This document shows, in pieces, positions 49,405 to 62,400 of a DNA stretch of 64,000 nt. Under the pieces are notes generated by a model. It searched no databases, had not been told where the DNA came from, and worked only from the letters and a program-made list of their open reading frames with translations. The stretch's first letter is position 1; the number at the start of each line of letters is the position of its first letter. Source of the stretch: Scyliorhinus canicula (lineage: Eukaryota); contig NC_052160.1 in the NCBI RefSeq assembly GCF_902713615.1, forward strand, positions 46,032,719 through 46,096,718, in the 5' to 3' direction. Position numbers and translations under genes: made by a program.

Positions 49405-52400
49405 GCAAATTTCTGGTAGGGGACAAGGTGGCTCCCACTAGAATGCTACACTTTTAGCCCTTTCCTTTTTAGCTCCAGTCGGTATTTTCTTTTGAAAACC
49501 CACATATTTAATAGGATAAGGATCGTATATAAGTGAAATGCCCAGAAAGGTTGGAGGAAAAAGGCAGAATTGGCCTCTCTGGGCTCGTTAGCGGAAAAGA
49601 TGGTGGAGGCAGCCTCTAGGGCACCGGCCACTCCACAAATGGCAGAGATGCTTACGATTGCCACAGAATTTGACAAACACTGCCGGTTGTGTCTGGGGAC
49701 CTTCCTTTGCAAATCGATGGAAGAGACCTTGGCTCCCATCCGAATGGCTTTGGAGAGGATCAATAAAAAGGTGAAGACCCATGGCCTGGAGGTGGCCCCT
49801 CCGAAGCTTAGAGACCAGAATGCCTCACTGGAAGCGAGGGATATCTCAGGGGACCAAAACAAATACATTTCTGAAGGCCCTGGTGAATGATTTGGAGAAT
49901 TGTTCCAGGGAGGTGGGGGCGCAGTGGCATTGTCACTGGACTAATAAAGCAGAGACCCAGAGTAATGATCTGGGGACCCAGGTTCAAATCCTGCCACTGC
50001 AGATGGTGAAATTTTAATTCCATAAAGATTTGGAATTAAAAATGTCAATTGTCAGGAAAAACTCATCTGGTTCACTAATGTCCTTTAGGGAAGGAAATCT
50101 GCCGTCCTTACCTGGTCTGGCCTACACATGACTCCAGATCCACAGCAATGTGGTTGCCTCTTAACTGCCCCCTCAAGATAAATTGGGGATGGATAATAAA
50201 TGCTGGCTCAGCCAGCGATGCCCATGTCCCATGAACAATTTAAAAATAAAATAAATTGTGGGGTAGCTGGAGGGAATGGAAGGCTCGACTCCGACGGAGT
50301 ATTTTGCGGAGATGTTCGGGAAGATGGTGAGGGAGAGTGGATCCACGTACGCTTCTGGGTTGGATCAAGCCCACCGTACACTACGGCAGAAGCCTCGCCC
50401 TGAGGAACCACCATGTGTGGTAATTGTGAAGTTTCATGGCTTCAAAGAAAAGGAGCAGATCCTGAGATGGGTGAGGGAGCATCAAGGCTAAAAATGGGAA
50501 AGCCACACCATCGGGTTCTACCAGGACGTGATAGCAGAGCTGGTGACGTAAAGGGCTTTGTCTAACAAGCCAAGGCTGCCCTGTGCAAAAGTGGAGCCCA
50601 TGTGGGATGGTGTGCTGGGTGCAGCTAAGAGTGACTTTTCAGGGAAAGGATTATCATTTTGTTGCGGCAAAAGATGTGGACTCCTTTGTAAAGAAACAGG
50701 TTAGGCACGGTATGATTGAGCACTGAGACACACCATGTTATTCGGGTAGATACGGGGCCTCCGTGGGGAATGCCCAGACGAGGCCACACTTAGTCCTGTT
50801 CTCTGCACTGAGGAGCTCCTCTTGACCCTGCAGAGTGACCCCCAAACTCTCAAAAAGGGGGTCCTTGGGTCCCCACCTCACCCATGCCGGCTTTTCACAG
50901 TAACTTCATTGCAGTGTTAACGTAAGCCTACTTGTGACACAAATAAAGATTGTTATTACTCTCCAGGCCTGATCCACAGTGAGAGGAAAATGCCAGCATG
51001 GCACCTTGGCAGTGCCCTGCCAGCTGGCAGTGCCAAGCACCTGGGGGCCTCCAATCCCCTGGGAGACCATCCAGTGCCGTTCCTTCTTGCTCCCATTTGT
51101 GGAAACCAGCACTGAATGGCACTTGCCCAAGATCACCAAGGCAAAATCATCATCCTATCGCCTTGGGTAGATTGTGGAAGTGCATAATAGAGTAAGCTTA
51201 GTGGTCTCACTCTAATATGCAGATTTGCCAAAGCGTGTCTGCCCACAATGGGCAGATTCATCTCGCGAAATCACGTCAGATCTTGCGAGGCATGTTGAGC
51301 CAGATAGATTCCGGAAGAAGGACCTCTTGGCATCTACTGCCCGTGTTGCGCCAAGCTGCCTTTCGGGCGTAACGCAGCCAGTAGATCGCACCCTTCACTT
51401 TTATTCACTCTTAGAAGTAGCCACTCTGCTAACCGAAGAGCTTGCTAATGGTTGACTGCAGCGCATTATAGTAGTTCTGTTTGGGATAATAAGCTTAGTG
51501 TTCTTGTTTGGTTTAGGTTTATTAGAAGATGGATGTAGCAGTGTAGGAGGAAGAGGGGGGTGGGAGTGGGGGTAGTTTGCTGATGGTGACTGCAGGTTTT
51601 TCTTTGTTTAGTCTTGTGAGTGGGTTTGGTGCCCATCTTGGATGGACCTAGTTGCTGTACCTTCTATGTATCTGCTGGATAATCCCTCTTTGTGGAAATG
51701 GCTGATTCTGGATTTGGCGGGGTGAAGGATGTCAGGGGGTTGGATGGCCCAGTGGAAAGGTAGAGGGCATTTGCTCACCTTAAAATTTAAACTCCGACTT
51801 GGTATTTCTGCAAAGGCTCACTTGCTGGTCAGAGACCAGACAAGGTTGCGGAAGAACTGGGTGGGACACATTTTTCATTTTCGCTTTCATTCTCTCAGGG
51901 CTCTGGGTGTAGCAATATTAATCAATAAAAGGGTTAAATTTTCTGTGGCTAAGATCTTGGCTGACCCCAATGGTAGGCAAGTTATTGTCTGTGGCTCTTT
52001 GGCAGGAACCTTGGTGGTTCTAGTTAATATCTATGCTCCAAATTGGGATGATCCGGATTTTATTAATATGCTTCTAACCTCCCTCATTCCCCAATTTGGA
52101 TTCACATCCGCTTGTTTTGGGTGGTGACTTAAATTGTTAAATTGTGTTTTTGATCCCAGTCTGGATTAGTCTAAACCCAAATCCCTGACTCCATCAGGGA
52201 TGGCCAGAGCGTTGTTGCTTTTCATGGAACAGATGGGGGGCAGATCCTGGTGCTTTTTGCACCCAGTTGATAAAGAATTTCCGAGTCTTCTCCCAAGTGC
52301 AGCAGGTATACTCGCATATCGACTTTTTTTGTGGTGAATAAGTCTCTCCTCCCTTTGGTTGCGGCGCTGGGTTACTCAGTGATTTATGATTTCGGAGCAT

Positions 52401-54625
52401 GTCCCATACTTTGTTGATTTGGTACTAGAAAGCAGTCCCTCCCAGCGACCGCCATGGAGGTTGGATATGACATCATTAGTGGTCAAGAGATTTTGTGAAG
52501 CTTGTCCCTCACTATTGGGGAATGTGAGTCTTCCTACGTATAGAAAGTCTTGAAGGTGGTTATCCGGTGGGGGGAGATAATTTCCTACAACGTGCACATG
52601 GTAAAGACAGCAAGGGCGGAGCAGCGGAGGCTGGTGAAATCCATTCTTGCGGTGAACCACCAGTACTCGCTTAGCCCAACACCGGAGTTGTTGCAAGTTT
52701 GAAAAAGCTGCAGACACAATTTGAACGATTGTCAATGGATGGGACAGTGGGCCAGTTGCGATGCTCGAGGGTACGTTTTATGACTATGGGGAGAAGACCA
52801 GTCGCCTTGTTACTCATTAGCTGAGGCAACAGAAGGCTTCCGGGAGATCGTACAGGTACATGACAAGTGGCAGCCTGGTTCTCTCCCGCCGCCGACCACG
52901 ACGACCTGCCTTTGGGCGATCAACGAGGCGAAGGTTACAACATCGCCCTCCGCACCCGTGTCCAACCCTGGCTAGTCCGACACCCCGAATATGGCCTCCC
53001 AGGGGCCCGGGTCCAGTTTCACATGCACCACTTTAGAAATTACCCTAAAAACCTCCTTCCAGTAATCCTCCAGCTTTGGACAGGACCAAAACATATGAAT
53101 GTTATTAGAGGGCCCCTCCCCCACCCACAACATTCACACACATCTCCTACTCCTTCAAAGAATCGGCTCATCCTCACCCTCGTGAGATGTGCTCTGTATA
53201 CCACCTTCAGCTGTATCAGCCCCAATCCTGCGCACAAGGTGGAGGCATTCACTCTCCGGAGCACCTCACACCAGAACCCATCCTCCATGTCCTCTCCCAA
53301 CTCTTCCTCTCACTTTGCCTTGATCCCTTCTAGCGGCGCCTTCTCCTCCTCCAAAATAGACTCGTAAACCGCCATTACTACCCCCTTCTCCAGTCCCCCT
53401 GTCATCAGCTCCTCCTCCAGCAATGTGGAGGCTGATTCCTCCGGGAAGCTCTGTATCTCCTTTTTGGAAAAATCTCGAACCTGCATGTATCTAAACATTT
53501 CCCCCTGTTCCAGCCCATACTTCGCTTACAGCTCCTTCAATCCTGCAAACCCACCCCGAAGAAACAAATAGTGTCTTAATCCCCTTCTCCTCCCATTTCC
53601 GAAAATTTCCATCCCATCTCCCTGGCTCATGTCTGTGGTTCCCCCGAATCAGCATTTCCCTTGACCCTGTCCCCATCCCGAAGTGCTGGCGAAACTGCCT
53701 CCAAATTCTCAATGAAGCTATTATTACCGGACTCCCTGAGTACTTCCCCGGGGCTATCGGAAGCGGCGCTGTTGCTACTACTTTCAATCCCGACCCCCTG
53801 CACAAATTCTCCTTCATTCTGACCCACTGGGAATCAACCCCTCTTACCCAGCTCCGCACCTTCTCCATATTTGCCGCCCAATAGTAATACATCAGGTTAC
53901 TCTAGGCATGTTTAATGATTCATTATCCTGGTGTTCGTTGCCCTCTACCCTTGCACAGACTTCTATCTCCTTGATCCTAAAGAAAGACAAAGACCCAACT
54001 GAGTGTAGGTTGTTTCGACCTATTTCACTTTTAAATGGAGATGTTAAGCTCCTTGCGAAAGTACTGGCACTGCGGCTGGAGCCCTGCCCTCCAGAGGTGA
54101 TCTCTGAAGACCAGACAAGTTTTGTTAAGGGTTGGCAATTGTCGGCCAGTATTCATCGTCTTCTAAATGTTGTCCTTTCCCCCTCTTCGGTGCCCGAACC
54201 AGAGGTGATTGTTTCCCTAGATGCCGAAAAGCATTTGACAGAGTGGAGTGGGAATATCTCTTTGAGATTCCTGTGAGGTTTGGATTTAGACAAAAGTTTA
54301 TATCCTAGATTAATTTACTGTATAGGCTCCGGTCTACTAATGTTCACACGAATGCTTTGAATTCTGTTTACATCCTGCTGAATAGGGGTACAAGGCAGGC
54401 ATGCGCATTGCCTCTGCTCCTGTTTGCTTTGGCTCTCGAACCATTTGCCATAGCACTGAGATCTTCTGTTCAATGGAGGGGGATAAATCGTGAAAGAGTG
54501 GAGCGTAGGGTGTCCCTGTATGCAGATTACCTGCTTTTTTACAATATGGACCCAGCAAGCACTATGGATGAGATGATGAAGTTGTTTGGTCGTTTTGCCT
54601 CCTTTTCTGAGTACAAGTTGAATGG
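49405..54625 (+). mobile_element. Old L1-clade LINE (ORF1, EN, RT remnants) with nested SINE, MITE and an antisense L1 fragment (about 52878-53898)
   Basis: ORF1 LDQAHRTL; EN LVNIYAPN; RT FRPISLLN, SLDAEK, RGTRQ, LYADY. Confidence 0.85.
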
Positions 54626-56497
54626 CGGAGCAGACTCGATGGACCAAATGGCTGGCTTCTCTTGCATCTTTCTTTTTTTGCACTGCCATGCGTGTATGCT
54701 AACTTAATGGAGTTGAATTGTGTGGGAACTTTCAGGTTGCTGAGATGGAACGTTGATCATAATAATTAGAGATTACGTCCCTGATCGTGAGGCCATTAAG
54801 ATGGTGAGTTGTAGATTCTTCTCTTTTTTTTTCTATCATTCATTCTGGACTAACACCATCCTCCACTGAGATCCAGAGTCCAGACGAGCTTTTGTTGCGG
54901 AATCTTTCATGGGGATTGGGCACACCACTATTGGGGGTTGGCATGTTGGGAGAGAGAAGGGAAAATTTTGGGACAGTTTCCTGATGAGACGGCTCTTGCA
55001 TTTGTCTCTAGCGGCATCCCCCAAATATTTCACCCCATTGGAATTATCCAGTGATGAGGGATTACGTTTATGCGGATGGTCTGAAGAGCTGGCATGGTTC
55101 TCCAAGCAGAGAAGTCTAAAGGGAGACTTCATGGAGCTGCTGAAAATCGTAAAGTGTTTAGATAAAGGAAATAAGGAAAAACTTTCCAATGTTTGAAGGG
55201 TCAATGACTGATCAGCAAAAGAACCAGTGGCAATGTGAGGAAAGAAACATTTTTACACAGTGGTTAGGATTTGGAGTGCATTGCTTGATGTGGGTGGTTG
55301 GTACAGATTCAGTAGCAGCCTTAAAAAGGTATTTGGATAGATACTTGAAGGAGAACAAATTGCAAAGGTATGGAGAAAGAGCAGCACAGTGGGAATAACT
55401 GAATTGCTTTATGAAAGCATTGGCATAGAATCAACGGGCCAAATGATTCGACTCTCTTCGGCTGATGATGGATTATAGCTGTGATTATGCTGAAGACTTA
55501 AAACTGACCTGGGAATGGGCTTCCTGTCTGCTTTCTTGCCAACAGGAACTATTTGGCTTGGGAGGAAACTTTTTTTAAGGGAACAAAGAAAGGCAATATG
55601 CCCACCAATTTTAGACCTGTGGGAAATAATTAAGGACTGAACTAAACATTGAAATTGAAATTTAAGTTGATAAAACACTATTAGTGTTGAATCAGTTTTG
55701 TTTCTGGAATATCTTGCTCATTCTTGTATTTCTCCACTAAATGCAGCGCTTTATGTACCTCAATGTGGTTTGCTAGTTCCCATTGGTGCCCAAGATTTAT
55801 TTGCATCCCGATTTCCTTTTTCATTTAATTCACACTCTCCACTTTATGGCTACTATTTTGTTTTTTCAATAAATCATTCCAGTCTTATCACTCCCATATG
55901 GTATGATTCAAAAAACATCAATGAGTATTGCTGTGTACCCCCTAGATTTCAATAATGACGGTGATATGAATTGTATTTGACATCATTTTCTGTGTGTGAG
56001 GAAAATATTAGGAGCACCTCAAACTGATATCCAAGTGTAAATCTCTTTTTCCTTGGTATATCAGTTGTTCGCAGCTGATGGTGATTAAACATTGACATAA
56101 TTAGACTGATGTCCTAAAACTATTGCCAAGGTATTCAATTTTGTTGAAAGTTTTGAATATCAAAGGGATGTATTGATTTTCTTTTCAGTGAGGGCTGGTG
56201 GAAAAGAAAGATTCCTGAGAGACACAATGTGTGAGGCCCAGAAACAGCCTACGTTGCTGCTTGGTACCCCACTGTCACAGAGCACAAATAGTAGAGTGGA
56301 AGAAGTTATTTAGAATGATATATGTGCAGTTTGGTTTAAAACTGAGTTCTCAATATAAATCTGAACAAAATACCACATTTAACTGAATTTCTGATCTTGC
56401 CTCACTCATGGAAATATCAGGAATGAGATTTCTCTAATCTTCACAGGTTTGGCTTCATGCTCTTATTCAATGGGGGATTGTGCAGGACTGTAATATA

Positions 56498-57608
56498 GGA
56501 TGTGGTCTACCGGCCATGCTGCGCCCGAAAAGCAGCACGCCGCAGTGCAACATGGCCGGTAAATGGGTAGCACGGTTGCACAAGTGGATAGCACTGTGGC
56601 TTCACAGCGCCAGGGTCCCAGGTTCGATTCCCCGCTGGGTCACTGTCTGTGCGGAGTCTGCACATTCTCCCCGTATCTGTGTGGGTTTCTTCCGGGTGCT
56701 CCGGTTTCCTCCCACAGTCCAAAGACGTGCAGGTTCGGTGGATTGGCCATGATAATTTGCCCTTAATGACCAAAAAGGTTAGGATGGGTTAGTGGGTTAC
56801 ATGGATAGGGTGGAAGTGAGGGCTTAAGTAGGTCGGTGCAGACTCGATGGGCCGAATGGCCTCCTTCTATACTGTATGTTCTATGTTCTAAACGCTGGGA
56901 GACCCCACTCCCGGGATCTACTTGGCTCGCCACGCCTTATGAGATCTAACACAATCTCGCGAGACATTGAGATGTGAAGCCTGTCCATTGTGGGCAGGAT
57001 CACTTTTTGTCAAATCTGCATATTTGTCTCGCTCTAATATGCAGTTCCCTGAGGTAACCCAGGCGTTGAGATCTATGCCCTTTGCCTTGGAGGCATCAGG
57101 CGAGCCCCGCTCAGTAGTCTCCACAAACAGGAACCAGACTGAACAATACTCGTGGGAGTCTCCTAGGAGATCCCCCGGTGCTTGCCCTCTGGCAGGGTGG
57201 CACCCTGGCACTGCTGGTGCCAGCTTGGCATTGCCATGGTGCCCAGGTGGCAGTGCCAGCTGGCAGCACCAAACAGGCTTTTCTGTGCAGCGGGAGTGGA
57301 CCACGGTGTTGCCCTGCACGGGAAGGGGGGGGGGGGGGGTTGGTGGGGGTTCGGGGGTCGAGTGGGGGGGCTCCTGATATCGGAGTCATTTAAAAACAAC
57401 GTCCCGATCTCTCCCTGCACTGAGGATTTAGGTGAGCAGGGCTCCTCGGTGCAGAGAATGGGACTAAGTGCGGCCTCAGCCCGCTGAGGCCCCATACCTA
57501 ACCGGAGTCGCGTTAGATAGAGTTATGTTTCTCGGCACTGCAAATGCTGGAAAACACGCAGCTAAACGTGCTCACTATGGGATAGTTCCCATTTGTTCTA
57601 TCACACCC
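56498..57608. mobile_element. Non-autonomous Harbinger-like element with a nested V-SINE (56565-56890, + strand, CR1-type tail); relatives at 47678-47890 and 50735-51393
   Basis: Degenerate GGGTG.GAT-type termini and shared subterminal sequence (GGGATCTAC...AATCTCGCGAGA...GTGGGC.GGATCAC). Confidence 0.7.
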
Positions 57609-57859
57609 ATGGACTGTCTTCCAGCAATGTTGCCTTTTCCTTGTGGTCGGGAGAAAATAACAGATTACATTCAGATTTACCCTCTGGTTTTGAAAGGCAG
57701 AAGCTTTCAACTTTTCAACACTTTTTTTAAAGTGGCAACAAATTTATGTCTTATCTAATCTCTCAAATCTGCTTGCATTGACGTGCAGGGTGAGTTGTTT
57801 TAAATCTCATGGTATTAAATTGTTTTGTTACATATTCTCAAAATAATCAGGTTGGGTGG

Positions 57860-59258
57860 ATTTCCAGTGACTTTGTGTGAGCGGAGGTTGCGTGTGGGGA
57901 AGCTCCTACCCAAAGGTTTTTCAATATTTATAGCCCGTTCCCAGGGGCATTTTTTGTATTAATCGGTTTCGGAAGACTGTACTTCGGTATGCGATGTCCA
58001 AATCCCAGAAGAAGAACGGTGGTAAGAAGGGGGCGACCGATAATTTGTTGCCGGGTGAGTGGACGTGTTAGGCTGAAAAAAGATGGCGGGGGGCTGAAAA
58101 AAAGATGGCGGGGGAAGGAGCACAACATGACTCTGCTCATCTCGGGGTGGATTCTTTGATTGAAGTGATGTCTGGTGAATTTGAAAGGCTGTACACCAGA
58201 CATATGGAGATTACGTGAGGAGAAATGATGGCTGTGATGAGAATATGGAGGAGGCAATGGCTCCGGTAAAGCCAGCTGTGTCAGAAAATGCGGCTGAAAT
58301 AAGTGAACATTGAGATATGTTGAAAGAGATGGAGGAGGCTACATCGCAGCACAGTGACCAGATTATTTCGATGGGCAGGGAGTTGTGGAGTATGGCAGAC
58401 GTGAATAAAGGACTCAAAGCTAAGGTGGAGGACCTGGAGAACAGATCAAGGAGGTAAAACCTTTGAATCATGGGTCCGCTCGAGGCCGACTGAATACTTT
58501 GCAAGAATATTGGTGGAGTTAATGGGGAAATGTGATCTGGATTTAGGGGAAAGAGTCTGGGCTTAATCTTAGATTTTTATAGGGTTTTACATTTCTGTAC
58601 TGGGTAGTGGGGAAGTCGGGGTCTTGGGATTGGTTGAATGTGTGAGGGTAGTCTGGTTGTGTTGAGAGTTTGTTATAATTATTTTGGATTGGGGGGGGAT
58701 ATGTGCACTAAGTTTGGGGGGGTCGTTGAGCAAGTTTTGATGGGCTTGGGGGGGCGTGAAAGGGAGAAGGAGCAAAGTAATGGGGGTGGTTGAGCAGGTT
58801 TTGATGGGCTTGGGGGCGTGAAAGGGAGGGGTATTGGGGGGTAGATGGGGTTTTTTGGGGGGGGGTTCTATGGTTAAAAAAAGATGGGGCGGGTTAGGCC
58901 TGAGAGGCAGGACCCGGAGATATGATGGTGGTGGATAAGAAGGGTGGTGGGGATTAGAGTTTCCCCACCCCCTCCCCCCTCCTTCAAGTCAGAATAGTAA
59001 CGTGAGTGGGTTAGGGGGACCGGTGGAAAGATCACATTTGAAGGGCTTAGAGGCTGATGTAGTGATACTGCAAGAGACACATCTGCAGTTGTGAATCATT
59101 GGCTGGGCTTAGCGGGGAGCTAGGAGCGGTAGATCCACGGAGGTTCCTACATCCAGAGGTGCGGGAGTATTCTTTTTTTCTTCCCGGTGCACAAGATGTA
59201 CTCAAGAATTGACTTCTTCATAGTGGGAAAGATCCAATTGGCTGAGATTCAGAGATCT
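57860..59258 (+). mobile_element. Decayed L1-clade LINE 5' portion
   Basis: ORF1 KVEDLENRSRR; EN ILQETHL and HKMYSRIDFF. Confidence 0.75.
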
Positions 59259-59410
59259 GGGGCGGAATTCTCTGAATTCCCGGGGGGTCGGAGAATCTCC
59301 CGGGGCCGGCGTCAATCCCGCCTCGGCCATGTCCCGAATTCTCCACCCCCCGAGATTCGGCGGGGCGTGAATCACGCCACGCCGGTCGGCGCATTGGTTG
59401 GCGGGCCCCC

Positions 59411-62400
59411 TGATGCACCATCAATTGGACTCGAGTCGTAGTGAAGTTCCAAACAACAGGCTTTAATACGCTAGATGTGAGCCCGGCAGTGGTCATACAG
59501 AGAAAGGCCGACTGCCAGCCAGTATGAGCTCTTATACCCCGTCTTGTAGGCGGAGCTACCAACCTCAGCCAATCGGCGGGGAGTCACATGACCAGCCACA
59601 ACCAATTGGCAGAGAGGCTCATGACTTGCCTGGGCCAAAGAGCAACGAGGCTGCTGTACCAATGGCAGCTTTGTTCTCCGGTAATATATCTCTAGCCATA
59701 CTACCACATTCACCCCTTTTTGAGAAAGAAGCGGGGAGGAGTGGTGTGGGGGGGGGGTGTGGCCCATAAAACCGGTAGTATGACTAGAGACCTTCTCGGG
59801 TAGGTAACTATGGCTGCCCACTGGCCCGCGACGAACGTGTAAGAAAACCAAGCTATACAGTGTACAAGAGAAAAAAAACAACAATAACCATATTAGGAAT
59901 AATAATAAAAAACACAGGCAAGGAACATGTGCAGAACATGAAAGTCCATAAGGTCCATCAAATTGACTCGATAAGCCGGATGGGTGCCTTCGGTGTCCTG
60001 CCGGACCTGCGCAGTGACGCCGGTGACGTTGGAGCGGTGGTCGTCTGTGACTCCGGGAGCTGCGGTCCTGTGTCCGTACCCCTGGTCGCAGTTGGTGGTA
60101 GCCGGGCCGGGGGAAGGGGTTCCTATGCGCTGGGTTGCGGGGGCGCTGGGGGCGGTCGGAGTTGGGGGCTGTGGCCGCACTCTGGCAGGTGCCAGGTCCC
60201 GAAGGAAGACCGTGTCCTGTCGTCCGTCGGGATACTCCACGTACGCGTACTGCGGGTTTGCGTGGAGTAACTGGACTCTTTCAACCAACGGGTCGGACCT
60301 GTGCACCCGCACATGCTTCCGGAGCAGGATGGGCCCGGGGGTGGTCAGCCAGGTCGGGAGCGGGGTCCCAGAGGAAGACTTCCTGGGGAAAACAAGAAGA
60401 CGTTCATGAGGTGTTTGATTCGTGGCAGTACAAAGGAGAGACCGAATAGAGTGGAGGGCGTCTGGGAGAACCTCTTGCCAGTGGGAGACTGGGAGACACC
60501 TGGACCGCAGGGCCAGTAGGACGGTCTTCCAGACCGTACCATTTCCCCCTCTCGACCTGACCGTTACCCTGGGGGTTATAACTGGTCGTCCTGCTAGAGG
60601 CGATGCCCCTGCTGAGCAGGAATTGACGCAGTTCGTCACTCATAAAGGAGGACCCCCGGTCGCTGTGAATGTACGCGGGGTAACCGAACAGGGAGAAAAT
60701 GGAGTGCAGGGCTTTGATGATAGTTGAAGTGGTCATGTCGGGGCAGGGGATGGCGAACGGGAAGCGGAAGTACTCGTCAATCACATTCAAGAAATATGTG
60801 TTGCAGTTTTTGGAGGGGAGGGGAGGGGACCCTTGAAGTCCATGCTAAGTCGTTTGAAAGGGCAAGAAGCCTTTATCAGATGCGCCTGCTCGGGGCGGTA
60901 GAAGTGCGGCTTGCACTCCGCGCAAATGTGACATTCCCTGGTTACAGTTCTGACCTCCTCGATGGAGTAGGGCAGGTTGCGGGTCTTGATAAAATGAAAA
61001 AAACGGGTGACCCCTGGATGGCAGAGGTCCGCGTGGAGGGAGCGGAGGCGGTCCACCTGTGCGTTGGCGCAGGTACTGCGGGACAGGGCATCAGGAGGCT
61101 CGTTGAGCTTCCCAGGACGATACAAGATATCGTAGTTGTACGTGGACAACTCGATCCGCCACCACAAGATCTTGTCGTTCTTGATCTTGCCCCTCTATGC
61201 ATTATCGAACATGAAGGCTACTGACCGTTAGTCTGTGACGAGGGTAAACCTCCTGCTGGTCAGATAGTGCCTCCAATGTCGCACAGCTTCGACAATGGCC
61301 TGTGCGTGGAGGGTCCGGGAGAAAAAGGCCACGGGTCTGCCCGCTTGGTTGAGGGTGGCCGCCAGAGCTACATCAGACACGTCGCTCTCGACCTGGAATG
61401 GGAGGGACTCGTCGACAGCGCGCATTGTGGCCTTCGCAATGTCAGTTTTGATGCGGCTAAAGGCCTGGCGGGCCTCCATCGACAGGGGGAACGTGTTGGA
61501 TTGGATGAGGAGGCGGGCTAGGTCGGTTTAGTTAGGGACCCACTGGGCATAATAAGAAAAGAAACCCAGACAGCGTTTGAGGGCTTTGAGGGAGTTGGGA
61601 AGGGGGAATTCAATTAGGGGGCACATGCGTTCGGGATCGGGGCCTATCACTCCGTTACGCACTACATAGCCGAGGATGGCTAGACAGTCGGTGCTAAACA
61701 CGCACTTATCCTTATTATACGTGAGGTTAAGGAGTTTTGCGGTTCGGAGGAATTTGCGGAGGTTGGTGTCGTGGTTCTGCTGGTCATGGCCGCAGATGGT
61801 GACATTGTCAAGATACGGGAAGGTGGCTCGTAAATCATGTTGGTCAACCATTCGGTTCATCTCCCTTTGGAAGACCGAAACCCCATTCGCGACACCAAAA
61901 GGAACCCTTAAAAAGTGGTAGAGTCGCCCATCCGCTTTGAACGCAGTGTACTTTCGGTCACTCGTGCGGATGGGGAGCTGGTGGTAGGCGGACTTGAGGT
62001 CCACCGTGGAAAAGACTTTGTACTGCGCGATCCTGTTAACCAGGTCGGAGATACGGGGGAGAGGATACGCGTCCAGTTGCGTAAACCTGTTGATGGTCTG
62101 ACTGTAATCGATGACCATATGGTTTTTCTCCCCAGTCTTAACCACCAGCACTTGTGCTCACCAGGGACTGTTGCTAGCCTCTATTACCCCCTCCTTCAGA
62201 AGCCTTTGGGCCTCGGACCTGATGAAGGTCCGGTCCTGGGCACTGTACCGTCTGCTCCTGGTGGCGACGGGTTTGCAATCTGGGGTGAGGTTTGCAAACA
62301 AGGAAGGGGGGTCGACCTTGAGGGACGAGAGGCTGCAGACAGTAAGGGGGGGAATAGGGTCGCCGAATTTATAAGTTACGCTCTGCAGGTTGCACTGGAA

